In this document: positions 28,606 to 36,873 of the stretch, piece after piece | How positions within the stretch are numbered: the first letter of the stretch is position 1 | How the letters are laid out: the number at the start of each line of letters is the position of its first letter | Origin: a virus | Lineage: Duplodnaviria > Caudoviricetes | DNA length: 41,226 bases | Reading direction: 5' to 3' (one strand) | IMG/VR virus record: IMGVR_UViG_3300030397_000377 | Span: 1 to 41,226 of that record | The notes under the pieces: model-generated | What the model was told of the DNA's origin: nothing | Databases searched by the model: none | The model's input: only the letters and a program-made list of their open reading frames with translations | Position numbers and translations under genes: made by a program

Positions 28606-28838
28606 GATTGCGCCTGTTTGCCGGTGACAAAGAAAATGCCCGCGCTGACCGCATCACTGATGTCTCGCCACTCGTCCAAATTGACCCAAAGGGTTTCAGC
28701 GGTGCACTTGTCGATTTCGATTTGCACGCCCTTGTTGGTGTTCTTGACAGTGACAGTGTTCTTCGGCCCATCACCGTCCGCGTACCAGCCAACGGCAAGT
28801 TCAATCTTCGCGTGAACGACTTCCTTTTCGTTTGCCAT
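28602..28838 (-). CDS. Hypothetical protein
   Basis: GGAGG RBS; coupled ORF. Confidence 0.65.
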   Translation of the reverse strand: MANEKEVVHAKIELAVGWYADGDGPKNTVTVKNTNKGVQIEIDKCTAETLWVNLDEWRDISDAVSAGIFFVTGKQAQS

Positions 28839-28858
28839 GTCTTCTTCCTCCGGGTGGG

Positions 28859-29251
28859 CTACGGCTGTTGGCCGCTTAGCTTTCTTTCAATGTCCGCTTT
28901 GCCTTGTTCGGAAAGCCCGTACATCCATTCCTTTTTGGCTGCGTCCCACTCTCGGTTAATCTTGCCCTGAGCAACGCAGACACCCATCCAAAGTGCGGTA
29001 GTGCCGTTTTCGTCATCCAGGTATTCGCTGATGTCGGGGCCTTCGTCGGTCCACAAGCCTTGGTCGCGAAGGCGCGGTTCAATTCCCTTGAGGAAGGAAA
29101 GCGGCGCTCCTGAGAGTTCAGAAACAGCCTTGGCGTTGCACCCGACAACCTCCGCGCCAACGAGGGCGCAGGCGGTCCAGAACGTCTCAACATTATCCCG
29201 AATGCCGGGGTCTGCTTCGAACACCAATTCTGCAAGTTTGTCTCTTTCCAT
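28859..29251 (-). CDS. Hypothetical protein
   Basis: AAGGAG RBS; intact 130 aa ORF. Confidence 0.7.
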   Translation of the reverse strand: MERDKLAELVFEADPGIRDNVETFWTACALVGAEVVGCNAKAVSELSGAPLSFLKGIEPRLRDQGLWTDEGPDISEYLDDENGTTALWMGVCVAQGKINREWDAAKKEWMYGLSEQGKADIERKLSGQQP

Positions 29252-29506
29252 CTTCTCTTGCTCCTTCAGGTTCGGGGCGGCGGGTGGCCGGGTTGTTACA
29301 TTTATCCCCGAGTCCCGGCTGGCTAGGATTCACCACGGCTGCATTTCAGTGCACGTGTGCCGCCCCCGCCATAGAACTCACTTGTCCTTCTTCTTTTTCT
29401 TCTTGGCCTTATGGACTGTGACAACGGTTCCACACTTGGTTTCGTATTCCTGGTAGTGGTCTTCAATTATTGGTTTGCTAGGCATTGGGGGGCTCCTTGT
29501 TGTGGG

Positions 29507-29701
29507 CTATTCAGCCCATTGTCTGCCGTAGGTGAAGAACACGCCTGCATTTGTCATCGGAACGCGGAACAGCAGCTTGGCGCGGCGGCAGTACATCGTT
29601 CCCATGACGCGGGCGATTACTGGATGCATTCGGCGAATAGGCTTCCAGACGGTCCATTCACCGCAATCGGGGAATGCGCGCCGTGTAATTCGAATGCCCA
29701 T
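29507..29701 (-). CDS. Hypothetical protein
   Basis: RBS upstream; lies in the early operon. Confidence 0.5.
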   Translation of the reverse strand: MGIRITRRAFPDCGEWTVWKPIRRMHPVIARVMGTMYCRRAKLLFRVPMTNAGVFFTYGRQWAE

Positions 29702-29719
29702 CCTTCATGCTCTCCTATG

Positions 29720-30118
29720 CTATCCGCCTACCGGGAGCCCTGTGGCTCTGTCGATTACAGTTCCGTCCATTCGTTTCTTCAGGCCGCTTCGTTTCGTTCC
29801 CTGAAGGGGGCGGTATTTGCTTTCAGTGATGCCAAGGTCTTTCTTTCTCTTGCCGTCAGAGATTGCCTTGACCGTCTGTTGCTTGGCAGAGTGAGCGCGG
29901 TGGTATTTCTCAAGGGCGGGGAACAGGTTTGACTCTCTGTTTTGTCCGCCCTCCCACAACTCGTCCTTGTGGTGCAGGTGCCACCTTTCCCCCGCACGTA
30001 TCTTCCGCTTGGCGAAGAAGCACATGCCCTGTTCACGCTCGAAAATCCTGAGACGAACAGACGGGGGCGGCATTGCGTCGTCGGTTTTTCCAACCCACTC
30101 TTTCACCTTGCGGGGCAT
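29720..30118 (-). CDS. HNH endonuclease (degenerate Zn ligands)
   Basis: VRLRIFEREQGMC...WHLHHKDELWEGGQNRESNL...H; C-terminal KKRMDGTVIDR. Confidence 0.75.
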   Translation of the reverse strand: MPRKVKEWVGKTDDAMPPPSVRLRIFEREQGMCFFAKRKIRAGERWHLHHKDELWEGGQNRESNLFPALEKYHRAHSAKQQTVKAISDGKRKKDLGITESKYRPLQGTKRSGLKKRMDGTVIDRATGLPVGG

Positions 30119-30127
30119 GACTATTCC

Positions 30128-30457
30128 TTACCTCAGATTCATTTCGGCGCGGCTTGTGGCCTCACGGCTCCGCACAAGCTCCACATACGCCTTGTAGGTG
30201 TCGTACTTCACCTTGGCGTGGTTCATCGCTCTGCGGGCCTTGTTCTTGGCTTCTAGGTGCTCTTTGTATTTGAGGGCGCGGCGGGCCTTGTCTTCGGCTG
30301 CTGCCATGGACAAGTCAGGCTCATTCAAATCAGCCACGCATTCAGACAGGACACTTTTGGTCACGTCATCCAGCGCTTTGAATGCAGCGTCAGTGTCGGC
30401 CCACCGCTCCCCTCTCACGGAAAGCTCATGTGCAAGTTTTTCCGCTTCCAGAATCAT
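30128..30457 (-). CDS. Helical hypothetical protein next to SSB
   Basis: Coiled-coil character; recombination-module position. Confidence 0.65.
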   Translation of the reverse strand: MILEAEKLAHELSVRGERWADTDAAFKALDDVTKSVLSECVADLNEPDLSMAAAEDKARRALKYKEHLEAKNKARRAMNHAKVKYDTYKAYVELVRSREATSRAEMNLR

Positions 30458-30460
30458 GGT

Positions 30461-30871
30461 CTAAAACGGAATGCTGTCGTCAATGTCTGCGCCCGGTGCG
30501 TTTGGGTGACTTGACGTGCCGGTTGTGGTTTGCGTTTCCATTACGGGCATACCTGCTGGCGGGCGCACACGAATGCAATCGACAATCCGCCCCCCAAAGT
30601 CTGTCTTCGTCGGGTAAACGGTAATCTGCCGTCCGCCCCAACCGTCCGTGTCGAAGCCGTGATGCTCACCGATCTGCAAAGCGTTCGTCTTGTTGCAAAC
30701 CAGCGTCTTTTCGGTTTCGCTGAAGGAAATAACCGGCTTCACCTTTTGTGTGCCGTTCTCTTCAAACTGCTTGATTTCGACACCCCTGATGGTGAGCGTC
30801 CAGTCCTTGCCCATAAGGTCTTCGGCCTTGAGGGTGTTGCTTCCTGTAAAAATCTGGTCAATCGGGGGCAT
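30461..30871 (-). CDS. ssb: Single-stranded DNA-binding protein (phage type)
   Basis: LKAEDL, LVCNKTN and CIRVR motifs; acidic tail DIDDSIPF. Confidence 0.75.
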   Translation of the reverse strand: MPPIDQIFTGSNTLKAEDLMGKDWTLTIRGVEIKQFEENGTQKVKPVISFSETEKTLVCNKTNALQIGEHHGFDTDGWGGRQITVYPTKTDFGGRIVDCIRVRPPAGMPVMETQTTTGTSSHPNAPGADIDDSIPF

Positions 30872-31088
30872 GTTCAGTTCCTTCTCTTCTCGGTTCATAA
30901 AGGGGGCAAAAGCCCAGGTTGATTTTTGTGCAGTAGTTGTAAGGTTCATGCTTCAGGCCCTCATGTGGCGCTACCGGGTTAAGCCCCTGGAGGCGTGGGA
31001 ACTTGATGCACGTCCATTTCCAGAATTCTCTCTTTCGCGTCCTGTCGGTTACATTGGCGCACGTCTCGCATGGTGTGGGCTCACTCAT
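30858..31088 (-). CDS. Cys-rich hypothetical protein
   Basis: MSEPTPCETC...C...YC...FCPLYEP. Confidence 0.6.
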   Translation of the reverse strand: MSEPTPCETCANVTDRTRKREFWKWTCIKFPRLQGLNPVAPHEGLKHEPYNYCTKINLGFCPLYEPRREGTEHAPD

Positions 31089-31414
31089 TCCCCTGTCTCT
31101 CCGTTGAGGGCGGCGCGGGCTTCGGGGAGCCACTGCTCTGCCCAGACTTTGAAACACTCTTCGTCGCGCCATTTGTCGGGCTTGAGGTAGTTTCCAATCG
31201 CGTACTCGGCGCGCCTCAACTGCTCTTCCACCTTCTCCAGTCGCTCAGCAGAGGCTAGGAGGGCGGGGAGGACCTTTCCCGCTTTCTGGTCAATCAGGTC
31301 GCGAAGCTTGTTGTATCGCTCGTGCGCAGTCCTTGACGGGCGCTCTGGGCCTTTACGCGCCTCATCCAACAACCGCCCAAGCGCTTCTCTCTGCTCTTGA
31401 GATAGGGGGGTCAC
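31085..31414 (-). CDS. Hypothetical protein
   Basis: Coupled ORF. Confidence 0.6.
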   Translation of the reverse strand: MTPLSQEQREALGRLLDEARKGPERPSRTAHERYNKLRDLIDQKAGKVLPALLASAERLEKVEEQLRRAEYAIGNYLKPDKWRDEECFKVWAEQWLPEARAALNGETGE

Positions 31415-31614
31415 TTGCTGGCCTCCTTCTCTTTTCCGAAGTATCCTTTTGGTATCGGGTAGCTGACTTCTTCGGAGAGCATTTCGCGGATTTCGTGAGG
31501 GTCGATGCCAAGGCTTTCAAGGCGCTCACCAGTCTCTGAAAGCGAAGCCTCACCATCATGAAAGTCATCCATGATGCGCTCGTATTCGGCTATCCATTGG
31601 TCCTTGGACATCAT
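31411..31614 (-). CDS. Hypothetical acidic protein
   Basis: Coupled ORF. Confidence 0.6.
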   Translation of the reverse strand: MMSKDQWIAEYERIMDDFHDGEASLSETGERLESLGIDPHEIREMLSEEVSYPIPKGYFGKEKEASK

Positions 31615-31871
31615 TCAATCTCTGCTTTTGGCGTGCGCTTCGAGCCCCAAGCCCGATCAAAGTCGGCCATTGCTTCTGCGGGCGTATCGCCAAATCCAGC
31701 AACACCGGACATCAGGTCATCACCAAAAAGGGCACACCACTTGCTGCCGTCTGGTTTGAGTTCTGGCTTGTAAAGAACATGCGGAGCGGTAAGCGCTGCA
31801 CGGACTATTGCCGCCTCGGAGCAAATGGCCTCTTTGACGATTTGTGCCTCGAATGAAATATCCATGCTCAT
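31611..31871 (-). CDS. Hypothetical protein (HicB-N-like pattern)
   Basis: DGSKWCALFG...GVAGFGDTPAEAMADF. Confidence 0.6.
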   Translation of the reverse strand: MSMDISFEAQIVKEAICSEAAIVRAALTAPHVLYKPELKPDGSKWCALFGDDLMSGVAGFGDTPAEAMADFDRAWGSKRTPKAEIE

Positions 31872-32128
31872 CGCGCTTGCCTCCTAAGTTCAATCTCCAG
31901 AACTTGCATGATTGCTTGAGAGGGTTGGCGGGCGTCAGGCAAGGTCCGGTGTGTTGCCTGAATTTCGGTCATCCCAGCCTTTAAGATTGGCCTTTCAGAC
32001 CTTTCAACGTTCCGGCCTAGAAACGGTTCGTCGTCCGCCATGCTCTCAGACTCCCAATATTCGTAGAGGGCGTCCCAACCAAACTGCCGGGCGCTCTGAC
32101 AGACAAAGGCTGTGTGTTCGGTGGTCAT
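31868..32128 (-). CDS. Hypothetical protein
   Basis: ATGA-coupled start MTTEH. Confidence 0.55.
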   Translation of the reverse strand: MTTEHTAFVCQSARQFGWDALYEYWESESMADDEPFLGRNVERSERPILKAGMTEIQATHRTLPDARQPSQAIMQVLEIELRRQAR

Positions 32129-32391
32129 GCTGCACCGTTCTCGATGCGCTCTGCTGGCACCTCTGTGTAACTTGCGGCCCAACCTGGCTTGTTATGCGTT
32201 GGGACAACGGTGTTCAAAAACCACTCGCCATCGTGTTCGTAAATCAGCGCCGACGCTGATGCGCCACAGTCTTGAAAGACGCGCTTCGTAAGTGTCCGGC
32301 CATCAGGCATGGGCACGGTATATTTGGTTGCCTTGCGGCCTGCGTTTGCACTGGTGCCGCCCTTCTTTCCGTATCGGCTTCGCATCCTCAT
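32125..32391 (-). CDS. Hypothetical protein
   Basis: ATGA-coupled ORF. Confidence 0.6.
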   Translation of the reverse strand: MRMRSRYGKKGGTSANAGRKATKYTVPMPDGRTLTKRVFQDCGASASALIYEHDGEWFLNTVVPTHNKPGWAASYTEVPAERIENGAA

Positions 32392-32771
32392 GCCGCTCTC
32401 CGTTCTTTCTCTTTCCGTTCCTGGATGTTGGATGCGCCAAATTCTTCCTCGTAAAACTTCTCAACGCGGATGATTTGTGAGCGCGTCTCGCGCGTCATCG
32501 GGTTGTCGATGACGCCGTATTTGTCTTTGGGGTCGTTGCCCGTCCATGGAAGTTTGTATTCGTGCAAGCGGCGGTAGAGGGCTTCGATGATTTTCGTCAC
32601 GCCATCCGCGCCGAGTTCGCGCCAACAGGCCTCTTCTTCAAGCTGGACTTCTGCGTCCTGCATGGCCCGGCCAAAGGCATCGCGAATGAGAGACATCGTG
32701 CCGAAGCTGTTCGGATACCGTTCCCGGTAGATCCGTTTCGCACGCTCTTTGATGTCTTTCTGGTTCTGCAT
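32388..32771 (-). CDS. First gene of the leftward early operon, hypothetical
   Basis: GAGG RBS before ATG 32771. The longer track start at 32945 overlaps the promoter. Confidence 0.65.
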   Translation of the reverse strand: MQNQKDIKERAKRIYRERYPNSFGTMSLIRDAFGRAMQDAEVQLEEEACWRELGADGVTKIIEALYRRLHEYKLPWTGNDPKDKYGVIDNPMTRETRSQIIRVEKFYEEEFGASNIQERKEKERRAA

Positions 32772-32916
32772 TGCCCTGCCTCTGGCTTTGCCCCCGGCCC
32801 ATTCTGAACGGGCATGAGCCGGGGGCTTTGCGAGATCAACGTGTACAGTTACGAGTGTAACGTCACTAAGACTTGGCCATCCAAGTCTGTCGCCACACCA
32901 TGCAGCGACGATCAGG

Positions 32917-32945
32917 ACTGTACACGACACACAATCACCTGTCAA
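32917..32945 (-). promoter_or_regulatory. Leftward sigma70 promoter (PL-like)
   Basis: TTGACA-17 nt-TACAGT on the minus strand. Confidence 0.75.
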
Positions 32946-32958
32946 ACATTATTTTGGG

Positions 32959-32987
32959 TTGACGCTCCTTTTTGTTTTTGGTATAAC
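32959..32987 (+). promoter_or_regulatory. Rightward sigma70 promoter (PR-like)
   Basis: TTGACG-17 nt-TATAAC, back-to-back with PL. Confidence 0.75.
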
Positions 32988-32994
32988 CGCCCCC

Positions 32995-33210
32995 ATGCAA
33001 AACGAACAGCTAATGAAAGCAGTGGAAATCGCAGGCAGCAAAAGCGCCCTGGCTGACATGATTGGCGTGTCTCGGCAACGGCTTTGGACGTGGACGCGAT
33101 ACGCAGTCAAGTCGCCCCCCGCTGAGTTTGTGATTCCTATCGAGAAGGCCACGGGCGTTTCGCGCCATGATCTTCGTCCCGACATTTACCCGGTAGAGGA
33201 AAACTCATGA
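32995..33210 (+). CDS. cro: Cro-like (YdaS family) HTH regulator
   Basis: KAVEIAGSKSALADMIGVSRQRLWTW...IEKATGVSRHDLRPDIYP. Confidence 0.88.
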   Translation: MQNEQLMKAVEIAGSKSALADMIGVSRQRLWTWTRYAVKSPPAEFVIPIEKATGVSRHDLRPDIYPVEENS

Positions 33211-33413
33211 AGGGCAAGGTTGGCACACCATCGCACCTTGCGGGCGCTTTTTGGCGCGGCTGTGATTTGTACAAGTCCCGCCCCCCTGGCATGGGCAACA
33301 GTTGGGATTACAACAAAAGCGTTCGTGCGCAGCAAGCAAGTTATTTAAGGCGCAACACAGCGCAAAACGTGACGTTGCCAAAGTTGAAATTCATGGGCGA
33401 TGACGTGGAATGA
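33207..33413 (+). CDS. Hypothetical protein
   Basis: ATGA-coupled; C-terminal VTLPKLKFM. Confidence 0.6.
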   Translation: MKGKVGTPSHLAGAFWRGCDLYKSRPPGMGNSWDYNKSVRAQQASYLRRNTAQNVTLPKLKFMGDDVE

Positions 33414-33625
33414 TCGGGATCACCCTCAAATACGATTTGCGCGGGCACCTAGCGCCCCATGAGAGTGCCCTGCGCCTGCGGCAGGTGCGGTTGTCTGATC
33501 CTCCCCAGACGTGTGCCGCCCTGCCGCTTACTTATGTTAACGACAAATGCACAGCGCTTGTGGAGGCAGACCCTGATTTCTACGATGAGCAGGTTATAGC
33601 GCTTTTGAATTCGGTTAACAAATAG
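33410..33625 (+). CDS. Hypothetical protein
   Basis: ATGA-coupled ORF. Confidence 0.55.
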   Translation: MIGITLKYDLRGHLAPHESALRLRQVRLSDPPQTCAALPLTYVNDKCTALVEADPDFYDEQVIALLNSVNK

Positions 33626-33635
33626 GGAGGATGCA

Positions 33636-34121
33636 TTGGCAGACAACCGGGATTTTAATGTTAAAAAATCTGGCGCAAATGGGTTGGACAATTATTCTCA
33701 TGCCCTATGGGGTGAGGGATATATCCCGGACCCGCAATTTCCACAAATTGCGATAAAGCTTTTCGAAAATCATTCGGAACGCCTGGCTCGGTTGCAGGAA
33801 GATATTGAAAGGCTGCAGACGCGCCTTGATGGCATTCAGATGCAGCTTGGACAAGCGAGGGGTGATTCGACGAAGCCTAAACACGACGGCCCTGGTCTGC
33901 AAGAAATCCTTGGAGCGGTCGCCAGAAAGTGGCGCGTAACGCAATCAGCAATCAAATCATACTCGCGCGAAGGTCGTGTTGTTGAGGCGAGAAAGGAGGC
34001 ATACACAAAATCCAGGCAAGCAGGCTTTAGTTATCCTGAGATTGGTCGCTTTTATGGAGGCCGCTGCCACACAACAGTGCACGACGCTGTGCGCAAATCA
34101 GCGATTGAGTCCGTGGAATGA
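33636..34121 (+). CDS. DnaA C-terminal (domain IV) HTH protein
   Basis: EILGAVARKWRVT...SYSR...EARKEA...SYPEIGRFYGGRCHTTVHDAVRK matches the DnaA domain-IV pattern. Confidence 0.8.
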   Translation: MADNRDFNVKKSGANGLDNYSHALWGEGYIPDPQFPQIAIKLFENHSERLARLQEDIERLQTRLDGIQMQLGQARGDSTKPKHDGPGLQEILGAVARKWRVTQSAIKSYSREGRVVEARKEAYTKSRQAGFSYPEIGRFYGGRCHTTVHDAVRKSAIESVE

Positions 34122-34276
34122 GCCGGGTAACGATAAAGATGCTCATCCCCTTTTTGCCCACACATGACACTTTGCAGCTTGCTTCCATGTTTAAGGTGCG
34201 CGAGAGTGAAATCTACAACACTATCGCACGGCACAAAGGCGAGACGATTCCTTCGTCGGAAAGGCGCAGCAAATGA
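34118..34276 (+). CDS. Small HTH-like protein (52 aa, below track cut-off)
   Basis: DTLQLASMFKVRESEIYNTI; ATGA overlaps on both sides. Confidence 0.55.
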   Translation: MSRVTIKMLIPFLPTHDTLQLASMFKVRESEIYNTIARHKGETIPSSERRSK

Positions 34277-34611
34277 GCGGTCTCAAGTCCAGAAGCAAGG
34301 GCTACAGAAACGAAGCGGCCTTTGTAAAGCGCATGAACAACATGGGCTTTGGTGCGCAGCGTATGCCACTCTCAGGCGCTCTTGGACAGGTAGGCGGAAT
34401 GGACCTGGGCGGCGATGTGAAGCTCTGGACCATCGACGGGGAATACCGGGTGGAATGCAAAGCCCTGAAGAACGGTTGGGTCACGCTCTACAGGTGGCTG
34501 TCTCCTGACAACATCGATTTCCTTTCCCTGAAAGCCAACAACAAGCCCGGCCTCATTGTCATGACTGAAGAGACGTTCGCCGAACTGGTGAGCGAGGGGG
34601 AAGGCGCGTGA
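34273..34611 (+). CDS. Hjc-like Holliday junction resolvase (PD-(D/E)xK)
   Basis: SRSKGYRNE, RMPLSGA, GDV and VECK motifs. Confidence 0.8.
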   Translation: MSGLKSRSKGYRNEAAFVKRMNNMGFGAQRMPLSGALGQVGGMDLGGDVKLWTIDGEYRVECKALKNGWVTLYRWLSPDNIDFLSLKANNKPGLIVMTEETFAELVSEGEGA

Positions 34612-34759
34612 ACCGAGAATTTGATTTATCCGAAGTGATTGCTGCGGCTATTCGTGAAGTAGCAGGTTGGCCGTGCTGGAAGCGCGGTAGGCATGATTGG
34701 GTAAGCCTAACAAAGACAAGGGACGTTTGTTTTGATTGCGGCGAAGAGCGGGTGCGGAA

Positions 34760-35305
34760 ATGAGCCAGCGGCATTCAGAATACGAGCTGGTCCCTGGAGA
34801 TTGCTATTACACGCCAGCATGGGTGACTGAGGCGCTGCTTGAGGCCGAAGAGTTCCCAGAATCAATCTGGGAGCCTGCCTGTGGAGGGGGCCATATAGTT
34901 GGTGTTCTCACGAGAAAATTCCGGCATGTAAACTCATCGGATGTCTCAATCGGATTTAAGATAAACTTCCTGCATATGCACAGCATTTTTCCAACTGTGC
35001 GGTCCATTATTACCAATCCGCCATTTTCCCATGGGCTGGCTGAGAAATTTGTACGGCACGCACTCCATTTGACAGAAGACGTAAACGGCAAGGTTGCCAT
35101 GCTTCTCCCCCATGCATGGGACACGGCCAAGGGGCGGCGCGATCTCTTTGCCGAGCATCCGGCATTCAAAGCCAAGCACACCCTCACACGCCGAATCCGT
35201 TGGGAGAACCTTAAACAGAAAGCCAACGGCCCGTCATCCAATCACGCATGGTTTGTCTGGGATTGGAAACACTCAGGCCCACCAACCTTGGGGTATCTGC
35301 CATGA
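34760..35305 (+). CDS. DNA amino-methyltransferase (N6-adenine type), orphan
   Basis: YYTP, motif I WEPACGGG, motif IV ITNPPF, HAWFVWD. Confidence 0.85.
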   Translation: MSQRHSEYELVPGDCYYTPAWVTEALLEAEEFPESIWEPACGGGHIVGVLTRKFRHVNSSDVSIGFKINFLHMHSIFPTVRSIITNPPFSHGLAEKFVRHALHLTEDVNGKVAMLLPHAWDTAKGRRDLFAEHPAFKAKHTLTRRIRWENLKQKANGPSSNHAWFVWDWKHSGPPTLGYLP

Positions 35306-35622
35306 CCAACGTCATCAAACTCCAGACAGAGGGGGTCACGTTTGAAGATTTCTGGCAGCGCTTCCCAGCAAGCCGGAGAGGCAGCAAGCCGCTGGCCATG
35401 GCCAAGTGGAAAGCAATCACGAACGGTGGATTGACGACAAACATGAAGGACAATGACTCCGGCCAGTTTGTTGAGGTCTTCCTCGAGGCCACACCAGAGG
35501 AAATCCTGGCTGGCCTGAAAGAGTACATCAAGCAGCGCACCGACCCTGAGACCTACAAGGTCGAGACGAAATTTTTTGCGCTCGCTTCAACCTTTTTGAA
35601 TCGCGGCTACTGGATGCAATGA
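35302..35622 (+). CDS. Stand-alone phage replication-initiator C-terminal-like domain
   Basis: FEDFWQRFP...GSKPLAMAKW...PEEILAGL..Y...FFALASTFLNRGYW. Confidence 0.65.
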   Translation: MTNVIKLQTEGVTFEDFWQRFPASRRGSKPLAMAKWKAITNGGLTTNMKDNDSGQFVEVFLEATPEEILAGLKEYIKQRTDPETYKVETKFFALASTFLNRGYWMQ

Positions 35623-35668
35623 GAGCACACCTTAGGGGCATATCTCTGCGCATTCGCCGCACAACAGG

Positions 35669-35924
35669 TTCCGCACGCCTTAGCGCAAAGGTGCGGGAGG
35701 AAATCCAAGCTCTGCGTAGCCGCAACTTGGACCCTTGGCGACCCGAAAGGGTCAAGGTGCACGAGGCCGATAGAGATTAGACCCCTTTATCGGTGATCCA
35801 GGGCCTAAACGCTGGATCGGGGAAGATGAGTACCCTGCCTACGGGCTCCCGCTGGTCACGGGCTTGGTTAATGCCAAGGGGGAAAAGTTCTAATTGTAAG
35901 TGCCAATGTTAATGGGATTAACAT
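35669..35924 (+). ncRNA. Candidate structured RNA or structured-DNA element (array of ~9 hairpins)
   Basis: Consecutive inverted repeats including a GAAA-capped stem; several need G-U pairs on the + strand. Confidence 0.45.
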
Positions 35925-35940
35925 AGGAGACCAGAGACCC

Positions 35941-36267
35941 ATGTTCCAGGTAGGACAGAGAGTGGAGTGTATTAATGGCGGCGACTGGTGCCCCGATCCA
36001 GGTCTGGACCCGGCCACCTTTCCGAAGCTGGGGACGGTATACGTCGTCGCGGAATATGGTTCCAGCGTGATTTCTCTTTGCGGTTATTACGTGAGGCTGA
36101 AAGGGATGCCCGACAATTACGCAGCATGTTTCTTCCGCCCCCTCAACGAAGACCCCAAGCGCGTAGAAGAGACAATGGAGAAACACTTCAGGAAGTTTCT
36201 ATCACAGCCAGTCCCATCAAATTGTCCTGACCCGCAAATTGATGTGAAAGAGGGGGTGAGTGCGTGA
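35941..36267 (+). CDS. Hypothetical protein (SH3-like phage family)
   Basis: MFQVGQRVECIN...GTVYVV...FFRPL; AGGAG upstream. Confidence 0.7.
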   Translation: MFQVGQRVECINGGDWCPDPGLDPATFPKLGTVYVVAEYGSSVISLCGYYVRLKGMPDNYAACFFRPLNEDPKRVEETMEKHFRKFLSQPVPSNCPDPQIDVKEGVSA

Positions 36268-36346
36268 CCGACACTGAGCTTTTGGCGGTGATTTTGCCGT
36301 TTCTAGGGATGTTGCTGATTTTGTTTTTGGCGCGGAGGTGATCGCT

Positions 36347-36709
36347 ATGGCTTGGAAAGTCCACCTTGAGCAAGTCCGCTACACGGACAGCATAAACGTC
36401 TGGGTTGGGGAAACCTGCCAAGGGCAGACGCGGACCATTCTGGAGCCTGTTAAGCGCGTTCAGTTGAAGCCCGAAGAGGTTGGCGCGCTGCATGAGCCCT
36501 TCATGAGCTTCCCAGAATACGAGACGCGGCAACTGCTTCAGGCGTTGGTTGATGAGTGCTGGAAGTTCGGAATAACACCCAGCGGTTACGACGAATTCCG
36601 AAAGGAGAACGCGGCGCGCCAAGCCCACTTGGAAGACATGCGCAGCATCGTCTCAACCAAACTCAAGGTGCCATTTGGGGACACCCCAAAACAGCCGGAG
36701 GGTGTGTAG
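36347..36709 (+). CDS. Hypothetical protein
   Basis: GGAGGT RBS; conserved-looking QALVDECWKFGITP...HLEDMR. Confidence 0.7.
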   Translation: MAWKVHLEQVRYTDSINVWVGETCQGQTRTILEPVKRVQLKPEEVGALHEPFMSFPEYETRQLLQALVDECWKFGITPSGYDEFRKENAARQAHLEDMRSIVSTKLKVPFGDTPKQPEGV

Positions 36710-36873
36710 ATGTCTCGCGCGGAATACATCATGAAATTGGTTGGGTTGTATGTGCTGCTGACAGTGGGCCTCGTGTTTGCCTGCTTGGTTGTGGCGAGCG
36801 TCACCGTTTTTCCAATGATGAGCAACTACCAAGAGTGCGGACGCATAACCCTCTGCACCATGAAAGGGGATGA

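Noticed and set aside
32895-32916. Hammerhead ribozyme (CUGAUC on the minus strand)
   Set aside because: It lacks the CUGANGA and GAAA core, and the segment abuts the promoter -10.
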